Shown piece by piece: positions 36,421 through 46,117 of a stretch of 64,000 bases of DNA. Source of the stretch: Gammaproteobacteria bacterium (GTDB lineage Bacteria > Pseudomonadota > Gammaproteobacteria > UBA12402); contig JASFHH010000001.1 in the NCBI GenBank assembly GCA_050123335.1, positions 61,209 through 125,208 on the forward strand, in the 5' to 3' direction. The notes under the pieces were generated by a model. It was given only the letters and a program-made list of their open reading frames with translations. It ran no database searches and was not told the DNA's origin. A program made the translations under genes and the position numbers. Each line of letters starts with the position of its first letter. Positions within the stretch are counted from its first letter, which is position 1.

Positions 36421-37686
36421 CTAAGTATTAACCACAAACTTTTTTTTCAATCTTTTCGGCACTAAAATATTTTTTAGTTTTACGTATTCAGGCAAGCCGC
36501 GTTTAAATGGTGGATAATCTTCGCCTTGAATTAAAGGTTCGATGTAATCCCAACATTTTTTTGTAATTCCAAAACCGTCTTTGGTAATAAAACTGCGTGG
36601 CATGAATTTTTCTTTGTTAGCAACTTTTGCTAATTTTGCTTCGCCGATTTTCCAGGCATAACGTTTGCCAGGTTTGCGTACTATAATTGGCATTACTGCA
36701 TTTTTGCCTTTGATCGCAAATTCAACTGCAGTTTTACCTAAAGCATAAGCCTGATCGACATCGGTTTTGGATGCAATGTGGCGTGCAGCGCGTTGTAAAT
36801 AATCAGCTACGGCCCAGTGATATTTATAGCCTAATTTTCCTCTAACTAATTGTGCGATTACTGGAGCAACGCCGCCTAATTGTGCATGACCAAATGCATC
36901 TTTCATGCCGGTGTCTGATAAAAACTTTCCATTTTTATCTTGTGCGCCTTCAGAAACCACCACAATACAATAACCAAATTTCTTTACATTACGTTTTACG
37001 CGTGACAAAAATTTTGTTTCGTTAAAAGGAATTTCCGGAAATAAAATTACATAAGGATTATCGTGCATATTAGTTGCAAGCCCGGCAGCGGCTGCGATCC
37101 ATCCTGCATGTCGTCCCATAACTTCCATAATGAATACTTTGGTAGAAGTTGCACACATCGAAGCGACGTCAAATTCTGCTTCGCGAATTGAAACGCCAAC
37201 GTATTTTGCAACCGAACCAAAACCAGGACAATTATCGGTGAATGGTAGATCGTTGTCGATGGTTTTTGGTATGCCAATGCATGTCATTGGAAATCCGAGT
37301 TTTTCGCTGAGTTGAGAAACTTTATAGGCAGTGTCTTGTGAATCACCGCCGCCGTTATAGAAAAAGTAGCCGATGTTATGTGCTTTGAACACTTCAATTA
37401 AACGTTCATATTCAGCGCGGTTTTCCTCCAGGCTTTTTAATTTATAACGGCAAGAACCAAACGCTCCGGCTGGTGTATAGCGTAGTGCTGCGATAGCTTT
37501 GGCTGATTCTTTGCTGGTGTCGATTAATTCTTCGGCTAAGGCGCCGATGATACCGTTTTTGCCGGCAAAAACTTTACCAATTTTATTTTTGTGCTTACGT
37601 GCAGTTTCGATGACTCCGCAAGCAGAAGCGTTAATTACCGAAGTTACCCCGCCGGATTGTGCATAAAAAGCATTTTTTTTGGTCAT
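36421..37686 (-). CDS. pfp: Pyrophosphate-dependent 6-phosphofructokinase
   Basis: 'SGGVTSVINAS', 'GGGDS', 'IPKTIDNDL' and 'MGRHAGW' PFK motifs. The length of about 420 aa is typical of PPi-PFK. SD 'agaggaaa' lies before ATG 37686. Confidence 0.8.
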   Translation of the reverse strand: MTKKNAFYAQSGGVTSVINASACGVIETARKHKNKIGKVFAGKNGIIGALAEELIDTSKESAKAIAALRYTPAGAFGSCRYKLKSLEENRAEYERLIEVFKAHNIGYFFYNGGGDSQDTAYKVSQLSEKLGFPMTCIGIPKTIDNDLPFTDNCPGFGSVAKYVGVSIREAEFDVASMCATSTKVFIMEVMGRHAGWIAAAAGLATNMHDNPYVILFPEIPFNETKFLSRVKRNVKKFGYCIVVVSEGAQDKNGKFLSDTGMKDAFGHAQLGGVAPVIAQLVRGKLGYKYHWAVADYLQRAARHIASKTDVDQAYALGKTAVEFAIKGKNAVMPIIVRKPGKRYAWKIGEAKLAKVANKEKFMPRSFITKDGFGITKKCWDYIEPLIQGEDYPPFKRGLPEYVKLKNILVPKRLKKKFVVNT

Positions 37687-37831
37687 AAAATTTCCTCTTT
37701 CTATAAAAACATCCATCGTCAAATTATATCATGAAAAACATAAAATTTTACTTGTTTTTATAAAAACTATTGCGAGAATATCAGCAAATCCCTTTAAAAC
37801 TGGCATAATCTTTTAGCTTACAAAAATTATA

Positions 37832-39349
37832 TTATTGTTTTTGTATGTCCATATTCTTCGAGAAAGCACCTTTCGGTATATAACATTTTGTTTTTCCAGT
37901 GCAAGTAAAACAATCTTTGAAAAACCCAAAGTTGCTAGAGTATTTGCTGGCGCTATAGATCTGATTGGCTATTGAATTGAGATCAAGGTTTTTCTTCCCA
38001 ATGAAAAATTTAGATACTCTTTTACAACTTTTTTTACAAAAACGATAACGTTTTAATTTAGGGTGTTTAAGAAATAGCGCTTTAATATCTTTATTTGTAA
38101 TTTTACGTATAGTCTGTATATCACTGTTGTTAGTTAGGGCTTTCATTCCTTCAAAAGACAAATAGCCAACTATTCCTCCTACTAATCCGTGGATAAAATT
38201 CATTCCCACCCTAAACAATAGAGCAGTAGTTATGTTTGGCATCAACAAAGTAGTTATCGTCAAGATGTTAAACAAATTACTAATAATCTGCGCTTTTCCA
38301 TAGGAAATACCATATGAGCAGAGAATACTAGTAATTGCTGGGGTAATTAACGAAGTTGCACCGTTTTCGTAGCATAAGGCAACTATTTTTACTAATTCAG
38401 CAATAACTTTAGCTTGGACAGGACTATAACCTCGTTTAAGGCAAATAGCGTAAAGAAGTCGTGAAAGAAAAACATATCCTGCTCCTTTACCAAGAGCATA
38501 CATAGAATCTTTTATGCTGAAGGTATAATCTTCCTCCTCAAGCCCAGAAAATATATGGTTGCTTTTTTCTTGGCCATAACCAGGAAATCCATGTGTTCTG
38601 GCAATTTCAGCTAATTTAGTACAGTTTGGGGTTGGTCTTGCATTTAAGATTTGTTTATACAACTCTGCTGCTTCTGGTGTAAGTGGCGTAGGTTCATATA
38701 GTTGCTTAATTTCAATTGGTAAGCGCATTTCCTTAATACATTTTGCAACATCAAGAAATGGGTGGGAATAGCCATAAGTGATTACAGCATCTTCACTAGG
38801 ATTCTTTTTTATCAATTCCCACGCTCGAAGAAGTGTCAGAAATTCTTTTGCTTGATATACTTCTTGTCTTCTTGCATCTAACCAAGAGTATTGCGAGTCA
38901 TCTAAAGCTGTTGATTCTATCGAATATGGTGGCAGATAGTTGCGGTATATTTTATAACCCTTAACACCCATTATAACTTGCGCGCCAACCCCAGCTTTAG
39001 TAAGCCATGCAATTTGCTCAAGATTTAAATTGTCACAATCAGTTGTAAGTGGGAATAGTTTAGTTAGCCACTTCCAATTCATAAGATTTACATCGATGTT
39101 TCCATCAAGCAACGTTTTATCAGGACCAATTGGTTCCCAGCCATCAGAATTTTCCATTAATATAATTGTGTTGGGAGTCAGAGCAATTTTCTTAACCAGA
39201 TAACGAAATACTTGACATTGAGAACGTGCAATATTTAAAAGTGTTACTTTTATGTCTTTTGATAAAATATTCCAAATACTTAAATCGTTTGTGATATCTG
39301 GCGCTTCGGATCTAGGATGATAGTTGTGTAATATAATGATTTTTGGCAT
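37832..39349 (-). CDS. Hypothetical protein, 505 aa (orphan; hydrophobic block near C-terminus, Cys/Lys-rich tail)
   Basis: Long ORF. No domain recognised. Confidence 0.55.
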   Translation of the reverse strand: MPKIIILHNYHPRSEAPDITNDLSIWNILSKDIKVTLLNIARSQCQVFRYLVKKIALTPNTIILMENSDGWEPIGPDKTLLDGNIDVNLMNWKWLTKLFPLTTDCDNLNLEQIAWLTKAGVGAQVIMGVKGYKIYRNYLPPYSIESTALDDSQYSWLDARRQEVYQAKEFLTLLRAWELIKKNPSEDAVITYGYSHPFLDVAKCIKEMRLPIEIKQLYEPTPLTPEAAELYKQILNARPTPNCTKLAEIARTHGFPGYGQEKSNHIFSGLEEEDYTFSIKDSMYALGKGAGYVFLSRLLYAICLKRGYSPVQAKVIAELVKIVALCYENGATSLITPAITSILCSYGISYGKAQIISNLFNILTITTLLMPNITTALLFRVGMNFIHGLVGGIVGYLSFEGMKALTNNSDIQTIRKITNKDIKALFLKHPKLKRYRFCKKSCKRVSKFFIGKKNLDLNSIANQIYSASKYSSNFGFFKDCFTCTGKTKCYIPKGAFSKNMDIQKQ

Positions 39350-39757
39350 ATTAAATTTATTGCTTGTTAATTTTTTTAAATATTCTTTAATACCCCATGT
39401 GCAACTTTGTAAACTAATGTAATTTAAGTTTTCTTATTAAAGCTTGATTACAAACCAATAAGTTATTGCCATATTGCCACGCTGAAAAGATTCTATCATT
39501 ATTGTGAGTTATTGTACAGAATATGTTTGTTTATTTTAACCAGTGCTTTATCATATTCTGGCCAATTTGTAACTTTGTATTTCTGCCGCAAACTTTGGCC
39601 GCATTTTTTTAATTTTTTTCTTGACTCAAATAAAATTTTGATTAATAATTTTTTTGTTCTAAACATTTCTAAAAAATCCTATGAAAAATTTCTGAAAATA
39701 GTCTTTGGCTTTATTTTTTATGTGTCTGATGGCGCATTTTTATTGCAAAAGGAGGTT

Positions 39758-40156
39758 ATGATGCAAACAATAAAAGCATTTACGTTAATTGAATTATTAA
39801 TCACGATTGCAATTGTTGGAATTTTGGCAGCAATTGCGATTCCATCGTATGGACATTATCTCAAAAGAGCGCGGTTTTCCGGAGTGATTACGGCAAGTTC
39901 GCAATATAAAACTGCAGTTGCATTAGCGTTGCAAGAAGGAGTATCAATGAAAGATTTACATTTAGGTGTTCATGGAATTCCAGATGCGCCGAGTGCAACC
40001 AAAAATTTGGCTAGTTTAGATGTAAAACGCGGTGTAATTACAGCAACTGGCACTAAAGCAGCTGGAGGATATACTTATATTTTAAAGCCTGATGCGGATG
40101 GCAGTCATTGGGATGTAAGTGGAACTTGTGTTGCTGCAGGGATGTGTGAAACGTAG
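39758..40156 (+). CDS. pilA: Type IV pilin
   Basis: The N-terminus 'MMQTIKAFTLIELLITIAIVGILAAIAIPSY' is a class III signal with the conserved hydrophobic helix. A C-terminal Cys pair is present. SD 'aaaggagg'. Confidence 0.85.
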   Translation: MMQTIKAFTLIELLITIAIVGILAAIAIPSYGHYLKRARFSGVITASSQYKTAVALALQEGVSMKDLHLGVHGIPDAPSATKNLASLDVKRGVITATGTKAAGGYTYILKPDADGSHWDVSGTCVAAGMCET

Positions 40157-40207
40157 ATTCCACAAGATATGAAATTTATGAAAATATTAATGCCAGTTTT
40201 AAACGAA

Positions 40208-40250
40208 ACTCGCGATTTTACAACCAGTTTGTTCTTGTAAAATCGCGAGT
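40208..40250 (+). terminator. 16-bp perfect hairpin downstream of pilin gene
   Basis: 'actcgcgattttacaa' - 11 nt - 'ttgtaaaatcgcgagt'. There is no clear T-tract. Confidence 0.45.
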
Positions 40251-40371
40251 CAGCAAGCATGCACATGACTAAAAAAACTCAAATCTATCATGCGCGGTAG
40301 TTGCCACGAAAGTTTAATAAGTGTGTTTGTCAATTATAAATCTCGCATTTTACGATATAACGGATATTGAC

Positions 40372-41994
40372 ATGCCGAAACAAATAGAAAAATTTTTATT
40401 ACAACAAAAGTTAATCAATGAAGATAAATTGCAGCATGCAAAAAAAGCAGCGAATCAATCACAACAAACGTTAATTACTTATTTGGCAAAAAATCGTATG
40501 ATTGCAGCGAATCAATTAGTGCATGCAGTTACGCAAGAATTTCATTTGCCAAGCGTAGATTTGCTGCAATATTCTGTGGATAAATTGCCGCTTAATTTGG
40601 CGCCGATCAAATTAATTACGCGAACCAACATTTTGCCATTGCAACAACGATCGCAACAGCTTGATGTTGCACTAATTGATCCGCATGATGTGCAAGCCGT
40701 AAATTTAATTAAATTTCACACGGGCATGCGGATAAATATTTTTATTGCAAGATATGATCATCTGCAGAAATTGATGCAGCAAATCATTACGCGTTACAAT
40801 ACGCAAGAACTTGGTGTTTTACATAAATCTATAGATACACCTTATGATTATTATCATTTGAATCTTGAAGATCGTAGTGATGAGCCGTTAATTGCGTTTA
40901 TTAATCATACAATTGAAGATGCGGTAAATAATCATGTTTCGGATATTCATTTTGAGGTATATGAACAATATTGTAGAGTGCGTTTTAGACAAGATGGCAT
41001 TTTGCGTGAAATTACCAAGCCGTCAGTGCGGGTTGCTGCAAGAATTATTTCACGCCTTAAAATCATGGCAAAGCTGGATATATCTGAAAAGCGTTTGCCG
41101 CAGGATGGGCATTGTAAAATTAAAATTAAGTCAAACCAGGTGGTTGAAATACGTGTTAGTAGTTGTCCAACTGTATTTGGTGAAAAAATAGTATTGCGCT
41201 TATTAAATAGTGATAATATTTTGCGTAATATTCATCAGCTTGGTTTTGATCTGATGCAGCAAAAAGATTTTGTTCATGCAATTAGTCAACCGCAAGGATT
41301 GGTTTTAGTGACCGGTCCAACCGGCAGTGGCAAAACAGTAACATTATATGCTGCTTTGCAATATTTAAATAAAGTTGAAAAAAATATTATTACAATCGAA
41401 GATCCGGTTGAAATTAATTTAGCTGATATTAATCAAGTTAATGCAAAAAATAAAACAGGGCTGACTTTTGCGCATGCTTTACGTGCTTTTTTGCGCCAGG
41501 ATCCGGATATTATTATGGTTGGCGAAATTCGAGATCTTGAAACTGCAGAGATTGCGCTTAAAGCTGCGCAAACAGGACATTTGGTGATTTCAACTTTGCA
41601 TACTAATAGTGCAACCGAAGCGTTAACCCGTTTGCGCAATATGGGAGTTGCCCCATATAATATTATTGGTTCAGTTAACTTAATTACCGCGCAACGTTTG
41701 GTACGTAAATTATGTTCGCATTGTAAAAGAGAGTATAAAGTTTCAGCATTGTTGAGTGAGCAGTTAGGTTTTGCTGCGGATTCAGAGCTTTATAAAGCCG
41801 TAGGATGTGAATATTGTGTTGACGGATATAGTGGACGTATGGCTATTCATGAAGTGTTAAAGATTGATGCAGCAGAAGAGTTTCGTACTTTGTGCGAAGC
41901 TTGTAATTTTATTAGTTTGCGAAAGGCTGGATTAAATTGTGTTTTGCAAGGAGAGACATCATTACAAGAAATTTATCGAGTGATGGGTGATTAA
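40372..41994 (+). CDS. pilB: Type IV pilus assembly ATPase PilB
   Basis: GspE/PilB family with Walker A 'GPTGSGKT', 'TIEDPVE', 'LRQDPDIIMVGEIRD' and a tetracysteine C-terminal motif. Confidence 0.9.
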   Translation: MPKQIEKFLLQQKLINEDKLQHAKKAANQSQQTLITYLAKNRMIAANQLVHAVTQEFHLPSVDLLQYSVDKLPLNLAPIKLITRTNILPLQQRSQQLDVALIDPHDVQAVNLIKFHTGMRINIFIARYDHLQKLMQQIITRYNTQELGVLHKSIDTPYDYYHLNLEDRSDEPLIAFINHTIEDAVNNHVSDIHFEVYEQYCRVRFRQDGILREITKPSVRVAARIISRLKIMAKLDISEKRLPQDGHCKIKIKSNQVVEIRVSSCPTVFGEKIVLRLLNSDNILRNIHQLGFDLMQQKDFVHAISQPQGLVLVTGPTGSGKTVTLYAALQYLNKVEKNIITIEDPVEINLADINQVNAKNKTGLTFAHALRAFLRQDPDIIMVGEIRDLETAEIALKAAQTGHLVISTLHTNSATEALTRLRNMGVAPYNIIGSVNLITAQRLVRKLCSHCKREYKVSALLSEQLGFAADSELYKAVGCEYCVDGYSGRMAIHEVLKIDAAEEFRTLCEACNFISLRKAGLNCVLQGETSLQEIYRVMGD

Positions 41995-43315
41995 TGTGAA
42001 TAGAAAATTGTCATCCCGCGGCTTGACCGCGGGATCCAGAAAACAATTAGTTTCGAAGCTGGATCCCGCGGTCAAGCCGCGGGATGACAGAGGCGTAAAA
42101 AACCATCCAAAACTTATCACATATGTTTGGCAAGGAATAAATGAGCATCATAATAAAATTCGTGGTGAAATCACAGCAGTTAATATTCGCTTAGCTAAAG
42201 CAAAATTACAATCACAAAAAATTTCGGTAATGAAATTAAAGCGTAGATCGCAATTATTGTGTTTGATTAATTATCGTAATCGTATAACTCCGGTAAAGAT
42301 AACTTTGGTTTTGCGTCAGCTTAATACGTTGTTGGTTGCTGGAATACCTATATTACAAGCATTAGCAACGATTGCAAAAAGTTGCAACAATATTAATTTA
42401 CGCAATTTATTAACTAATATCAAAGATGAAATTCAGCAGGGACATGCTTTATCAGAGGCTTTGCGTTCGTACAATAAATATTTCAGTAATCTAATTTGCA
42501 CATTAGTTTTTGCAGGAGAGCAATCAGGAACTTTAGATATTTTATTGGAACGCATAATTGCACATCGTGAAAAAATGGAAATTTTAAAAAGCAAAGTAAA
42601 AAAAACACTATTTTACCCATGTGCGGTAATAGTGGTTGCGGCAATGGTTGCTTATATTTTATTAGTATTTGTAGTACCGCAATTTGCTGATCTTTTTTCC
42701 GGGTTTGGCGTACAGCTCCCTTTTTTAACCCGGTTGGTTATAAATTTATCAATTTTTTTACAACAATTTTGGTGGGTTTTGATGCTGAGTTTGGTTTTGC
42801 CGTCAATAACAATAACTGTATTAAAGCGGCGCAGCATAAGTTTTGCTAATTTTTTTGATGCAATGAGGTTAAAAATACCGATTTTTGGTAATTTCTTACG
42901 AAAATCAATTATTGCAAGGCTAATGCGAACGTTAGCAACTACTTTTGCGGCGGGAATGCCTTTGTTGGAGTCATTATGTTTGTTGCAGGATGTGGCTAAT
43001 AATCGACGATTTTGTGCGGTTTTGGAAGAGATTCGTAACGCAGTCAGCAAAGGTCAAACTTTACACCAAAGTCTACAAATTAGCGGATTATTTCCAAATA
43101 TCGTAGTGCAAATGGTTGCTATCGGTGAGGAAGCAGGTAAACTACCAGATATGCTTGAAAAAGCAGCCAATTTTTATGAGTATGAGGTTAATCAGTTGGT
43201 CAATAAATTAAATCAGCTGCTTGAACCAATGATTATGATTATATTAGGCATAGTAGTTGGCGGATTAGTTATTGCTATGTATTTACCAATATTTAATCTT
43301 GGGATGGTGATCTAA
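41987..43315 (+). CDS. pilC: Type IV pilus platform protein PilC (with in-frame palindromic insertion)
   Basis: GspF/PilC family with two repeated domains and a 'LEPMIMIILGIVVG' C-terminus. The GTG start overlaps the pilB stop. Confidence 0.85.
   Translation: MINVNRKLSSRGLTAGSRKQLVSKLDPAVKPRDDRGVKNHPKLITYVWQGINEHHNKIRGEITAVNIRLAKAKLQSQKISVMKLKRRSQLLCLINYRNRITPVKITLVLRQLNTLLVAGIPILQALATIAKSCNNINLRNLLTNIKDEIQQGHALSEALRSYNKYFSNLICTLVFAGEQSGTLDILLERIIAHREKMEILKSKVKKTLFYPCAVIVVAAMVAYILLVFVVPQFADLFSGFGVQLPFLTRLVINLSIFLQQFWWVLMLSLVLPSITITVLKRRSISFANFFDAMRLKIPIFGNFLRKSIIARLMRTLATTFAAGMPLLESLCLLQDVANNRRFCAVLEEIRNAVSKGQTLHQSLQISGLFPNIVVQMVAIGEEAGKLPDMLEKAANFYEYEVNQLVNKLNQLLEPMIMIILGIVVGGLVIAMYLPIFNLGMVI
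42009..42089. repeat. 81-bp GC-rich perfect palindromic element inside pilC (in frame)
   Basis: 31-nt arms 'tgtcatcccgcggcttgaccgcgggatccag' and its exact reverse complement, with a 19-nt loop. Each arm holds a nested CCCGCGG/CCGCGGG hairpin. Confidence 0.9.
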
Positions 43316-44208
43316 TGATAGATTTTATAATGACGTATCAATCAGTGTTTTTAACTTTAGTTGGCATTGTGGGTTTAATTGTTGGTAGTTTTTTGAATGT
43401 GGTGATTTATCGATTGCCAATTATGATAGATTATATTCGGCGACAGGATTGTTTAGAATTTTTTGATTCTAAAACCGAATTTCATGATGAAGTTAAATGC
43501 TACAATTTGGCTTATCCAAAATCACATTGTATTTTTTGTGATGCGCCCATTAAAGTTTGGCATAATATTCCAATATTAAGTTATTTAATTCTTGGTGGAA
43601 AATGTGCGACTTGCAAAAGCCGGATTCCTTTACGTTATTTAATTGTAGAAATCTTTACATGTGTTTTATCAATAATTGTAGCTTATGAATTTGGGTTTTC
43701 TTGGGAATGTGTAGATGTATTAATTTTTTCCTGGTTTTTAATTGCAGCTACTTTTATTGATATTGATCATCAAATTTTGCCTGATATTTTAACTTTGTCT
43801 TTATTGTGGATTGGTTTATTTGTTAATTGTTTTGATATGTTTGCAAATAGTCATGACGCTATTTTAGGCGTAATTATCGGTTATAGTTTTTTTTGGGTAG
43901 TAAATACTTTATTTCGGTTGATTCGCGGTAAAGAAGGTATTGGTCATGGAGATTTTAAGTTAATGGCTGCAGCTGGGGCGTGGATGGGTTGGCAGCTTTT
44001 GCCGTTTGTTATTTTGTGCAGTAGCATTTTGGCATTACTGATTGGCGGTGGATATTTATTGCTGAAAGGTAAGTCGCGTGGTGTTCCGATTCCGTTTGGG
44101 CCTTTTATCGCAATCGCAATGTGGATTGGAATTATTTGGGGATTTGATATTACGCAATCCTATTTGCATTGGATGGGAATTAATATTCTAATCGCTCCTG
44201 GAATTTAA
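43315..44208 (+). CDS. pilD: Prepilin peptidase / N-methyltransferase PilD
   Basis: Peptidase A24 with an N-terminal CxxC...CxxC region and 'GHGDFKLMAAAG'. Confidence 0.9.
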   Translation: MIDFIMTYQSVFLTLVGIVGLIVGSFLNVVIYRLPIMIDYIRRQDCLEFFDSKTEFHDEVKCYNLAYPKSHCIFCDAPIKVWHNIPILSYLILGGKCATCKSRIPLRYLIVEIFTCVLSIIVAYEFGFSWECVDVLIFSWFLIAATFIDIDHQILPDILTLSLLWIGLFVNCFDMFANSHDAILGVIIGYSFFWVVNTLFRLIRGKEGIGHGDFKLMAAAGAWMGWQLLPFVILCSSILALLIGGGYLLLKGKSRGVPIPFGPFIAIAMWIGIIWGFDITQSYLHWMGINILIAPGI

Positions 44209-44209
44209 T

Positions 44210-44827
44210 ATGGCACATTCAATACAAGATAAATTTGTGATTGGTTTAACTGGTGGAATAGGCAGTGGTAAGTCTACGGTTGCTAAATTATTTGCTAAAT
44301 TGAATGTTGATATTGTTGATGCTGATGAAATAGCGCGGGAAATTGTTCAGCCTCCTTCAGAATTACTGGATAAAATTGTAGTTAAATTTGGCGAAAAAAT
44401 TTTGCATGATGACGGTTCATTAAATCGAGCTAAAATGCGTGAAATTATTTTTAATGATTTGCATGCTAAAAAATGGTTGGAAAATTTATTACATCCAATT
44501 ATTTATCAGCACATGTATCAGCAAATATTAGCAACGAAATCACCTTATTGTATCGTTATTATTCCATTATTAATCGAATCACATATTCCTTATCCAATTG
44601 ATCGCATTTTAGTAGTGGATAGTATAGAAGAACAACAAATTAAGAGAATTATGCAGCGTGATCATACTAGTGAGCAAGCAGTAAAAGATATTATAAAAAC
44701 ACAAGCTGCTAGTTCCGAAAGATTAAAAATTGCTGATGATGTAATTGAAAATACTAAGGATGAGAAATATTTGCAGCAACAAGTTGAGATGTTGCATAAA
44801 TTATATAGTAGAATCTGTTATGAATAA
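44210..44827 (+). CDS. coaE: Dephospho-CoA kinase
   Basis: 'IGLTGGIGSGKST' P-loop. The position after pilD is conserved. Confidence 0.9.
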   Translation: MAHSIQDKFVIGLTGGIGSGKSTVAKLFAKLNVDIVDADEIAREIVQPPSELLDKIVVKFGEKILHDDGSLNRAKMREIIFNDLHAKKWLENLLHPIIYQHMYQQILATKSPYCIVIIPLLIESHIPYPIDRILVVDSIEEQQIKRIMQRDHTSEQAVKDIIKTQAASSERLKIADDVIENTKDEKYLQQQVEMLHKLYSRICYE

Positions 44828-44862
44828 GTATTTATTCAGCGTGCCAATATTGAAGTTTACGA

Positions 44863-44982
44863 GAACGCTCAGTAATGCTGTATATTTAAGCGAAAAATTA
44901 ATTTTTAAAGCGGAGTTTATATAAATAAATGAGCATTTGAAAATTAATTTTTCGCTTAAAGATGCGGTGTTAATGAGCGTTC
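44863..44982. repeat. MITE-like palindromic element (family A)
   Basis: Imperfect arms of about 44 bp ('gaacgctcagtaatgctgtatatttaagcgaaaaattaattttt' and its partner). The core 'gcggagtttatataaataaatgagc' resembles the core of the element at 2472-2597. Confidence 0.75.
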
Positions 44983-45005
44983 CTAGAAAAAGAGTGAATA
45001 GTTAC

Positions 45006-45899
45006 ATGAATAATTCATGGGAATTGAACAAAATCGATCATGAGTTGATTGGCTTGGCGCTTAAAGAAGATCTTGGTATGCCGTATAAAGATGTAACTAC
45101 GAATACATTATTTAAGCATCAAGAGTTATATAAATCAGCAAAAATCTTTTCCAAGCATGCGGAAGATATAATTGTTGCTGGTTTGCCGATTATTGGTGCG
45201 CTTTTTGATAAAATGGATGCCGAAGTTAAATTAACTCATCAATTGCAGGATGGTGATATTTTATCTACAGATGATGTTTTGGTAACTCTTGAAAGTGATA
45301 TTAATAGTTTATTAATGATCGAAAGAACTTTGTTAAATTTTTTACGCCATTTGTGTGCGATTGCAACTTTAACAAAAAAGTTTGTGAATTTGGTGAAAGA
45401 TACCAAATTAAAAATTTTAGACACAAGAAAAACTTCTCCTGGTATGCGTCATTTGGAAAAATATGCTGTACATTGTGGTGGTGGAGTAAATCATCGTATG
45501 GGTTTATATGATGCATTTATGCTGAAAGATAATCATGTAGATTTTATTGGGGGGCTGCAAAAAGCATTGGCGGCTTTGCCGGATAAACAAGATAATCCAT
45601 TAGAAGTAATTTGTGAAATTAGAAATTTAGATGAGCTGCGTATAGCTTTGGAACATGGGCATAATAAGATCACACGGGTTTTGTTTGATAACATGACGCA
45701 TAAACAGCTTAAATCATGTGTGGAAATGGTTGAGGGTATTTTTGAAACAGAAGCTTCAGGTAATATCAGTTTGCGTAATATTAAAGATATTGCACAAACC
45801 GGAGTTGATTATGCTTCAATTGGAATGTTAACTTACGCGGCCGGGCAGGTAGATTTATCCATGATAGTGGGTGATGTAGTCGGGCCGGATCTTTACTAA
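45006..45899 (+). CDS. nadC: Nicotinate-nucleotide pyrophosphorylase (quinolinate phosphoribosyltransferase)
   Basis: 'LKEDLG', 'ILDTRKTSPGMR' and 'HRMGLYDAFMLKDNH' motifs. ATG 45006 is chosen because the upstream ORF extension runs through a repeat element. Confidence 0.85.
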   Translation: MNNSWELNKIDHELIGLALKEDLGMPYKDVTTNTLFKHQELYKSAKIFSKHAEDIIVAGLPIIGALFDKMDAEVKLTHQLQDGDILSTDDVLVTLESDINSLLMIERTLLNFLRHLCAIATLTKKFVNLVKDTKLKILDTRKTSPGMRHLEKYAVHCGGGVNHRMGLYDAFMLKDNHVDFIGGLQKALAALPDKQDNPLEVICEIRNLDELRIALEHGHNKITRVLFDNMTHKQLKSCVEMVEGIFETEASGNISLRNIKDIAQTGVDYASIGMLTYAAGQVDLSMIVGDVVGPDLY

Positions 45900-46095
45900 T
45901 TACAAGTGCCCTGTTTGTTGCTTTGTAATTAGTAAAGACCCGGCCCCCTGAGATGTTATTTAAGAATTGCGAAATTTGACGGGACGCGAGCTATTACATG
46001 GTTGCGAGGTAATAGCTAGATTTTTGGAGGGACGGAGCTTCACATGATTACAAAGCAACAAGCATGGCCTTGTAATTATGTGAAGCTCACGTCCC
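45882..46095. repeat. Nest of palindromic elements spanning the nadC 3' end and the nadC-nadB spacer
   Basis: A 24-bp stem pairs 45882-45905 with 45923-45946 (1 mismatch). Further hairpins are 45989-46017 and 46029-46055 with 46068-46095. Confidence 0.8.
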
Positions 46096-46117
46096 GCGTT
46101 ACTTTAGATGTAAACAA

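Noticed and set aside
39728-39747. Possible sigma54 (-24/-12) promoter 'TGGCGCatttttatTGCA' upstream of the pilin gene; RpoN-dependent pilin promoters are common.
   Set aside because: The GG-to-GC spacing is 14 nt instead of the canonical 12. The element also ends only about 5 nt before the SD, so the transcript would lack a ribosome-binding site.
39512-39757. Long N-terminal extensions proposed by the ORF track for the pilin gene, and similarly for pilB (40321), nadC (44937), the HD gene (51214), glmS (53989), the nitroreductase (17986), the methyltransferases (30169 and 34103) and pfp (37722).
   Set aside because: In each case a downstream ATG with a good SD coincides with the conserved N-terminus of the family (for example MCGIVGA for GlmS and the class III signal for pilin). 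The extensions cross repeats or the preceding gene.
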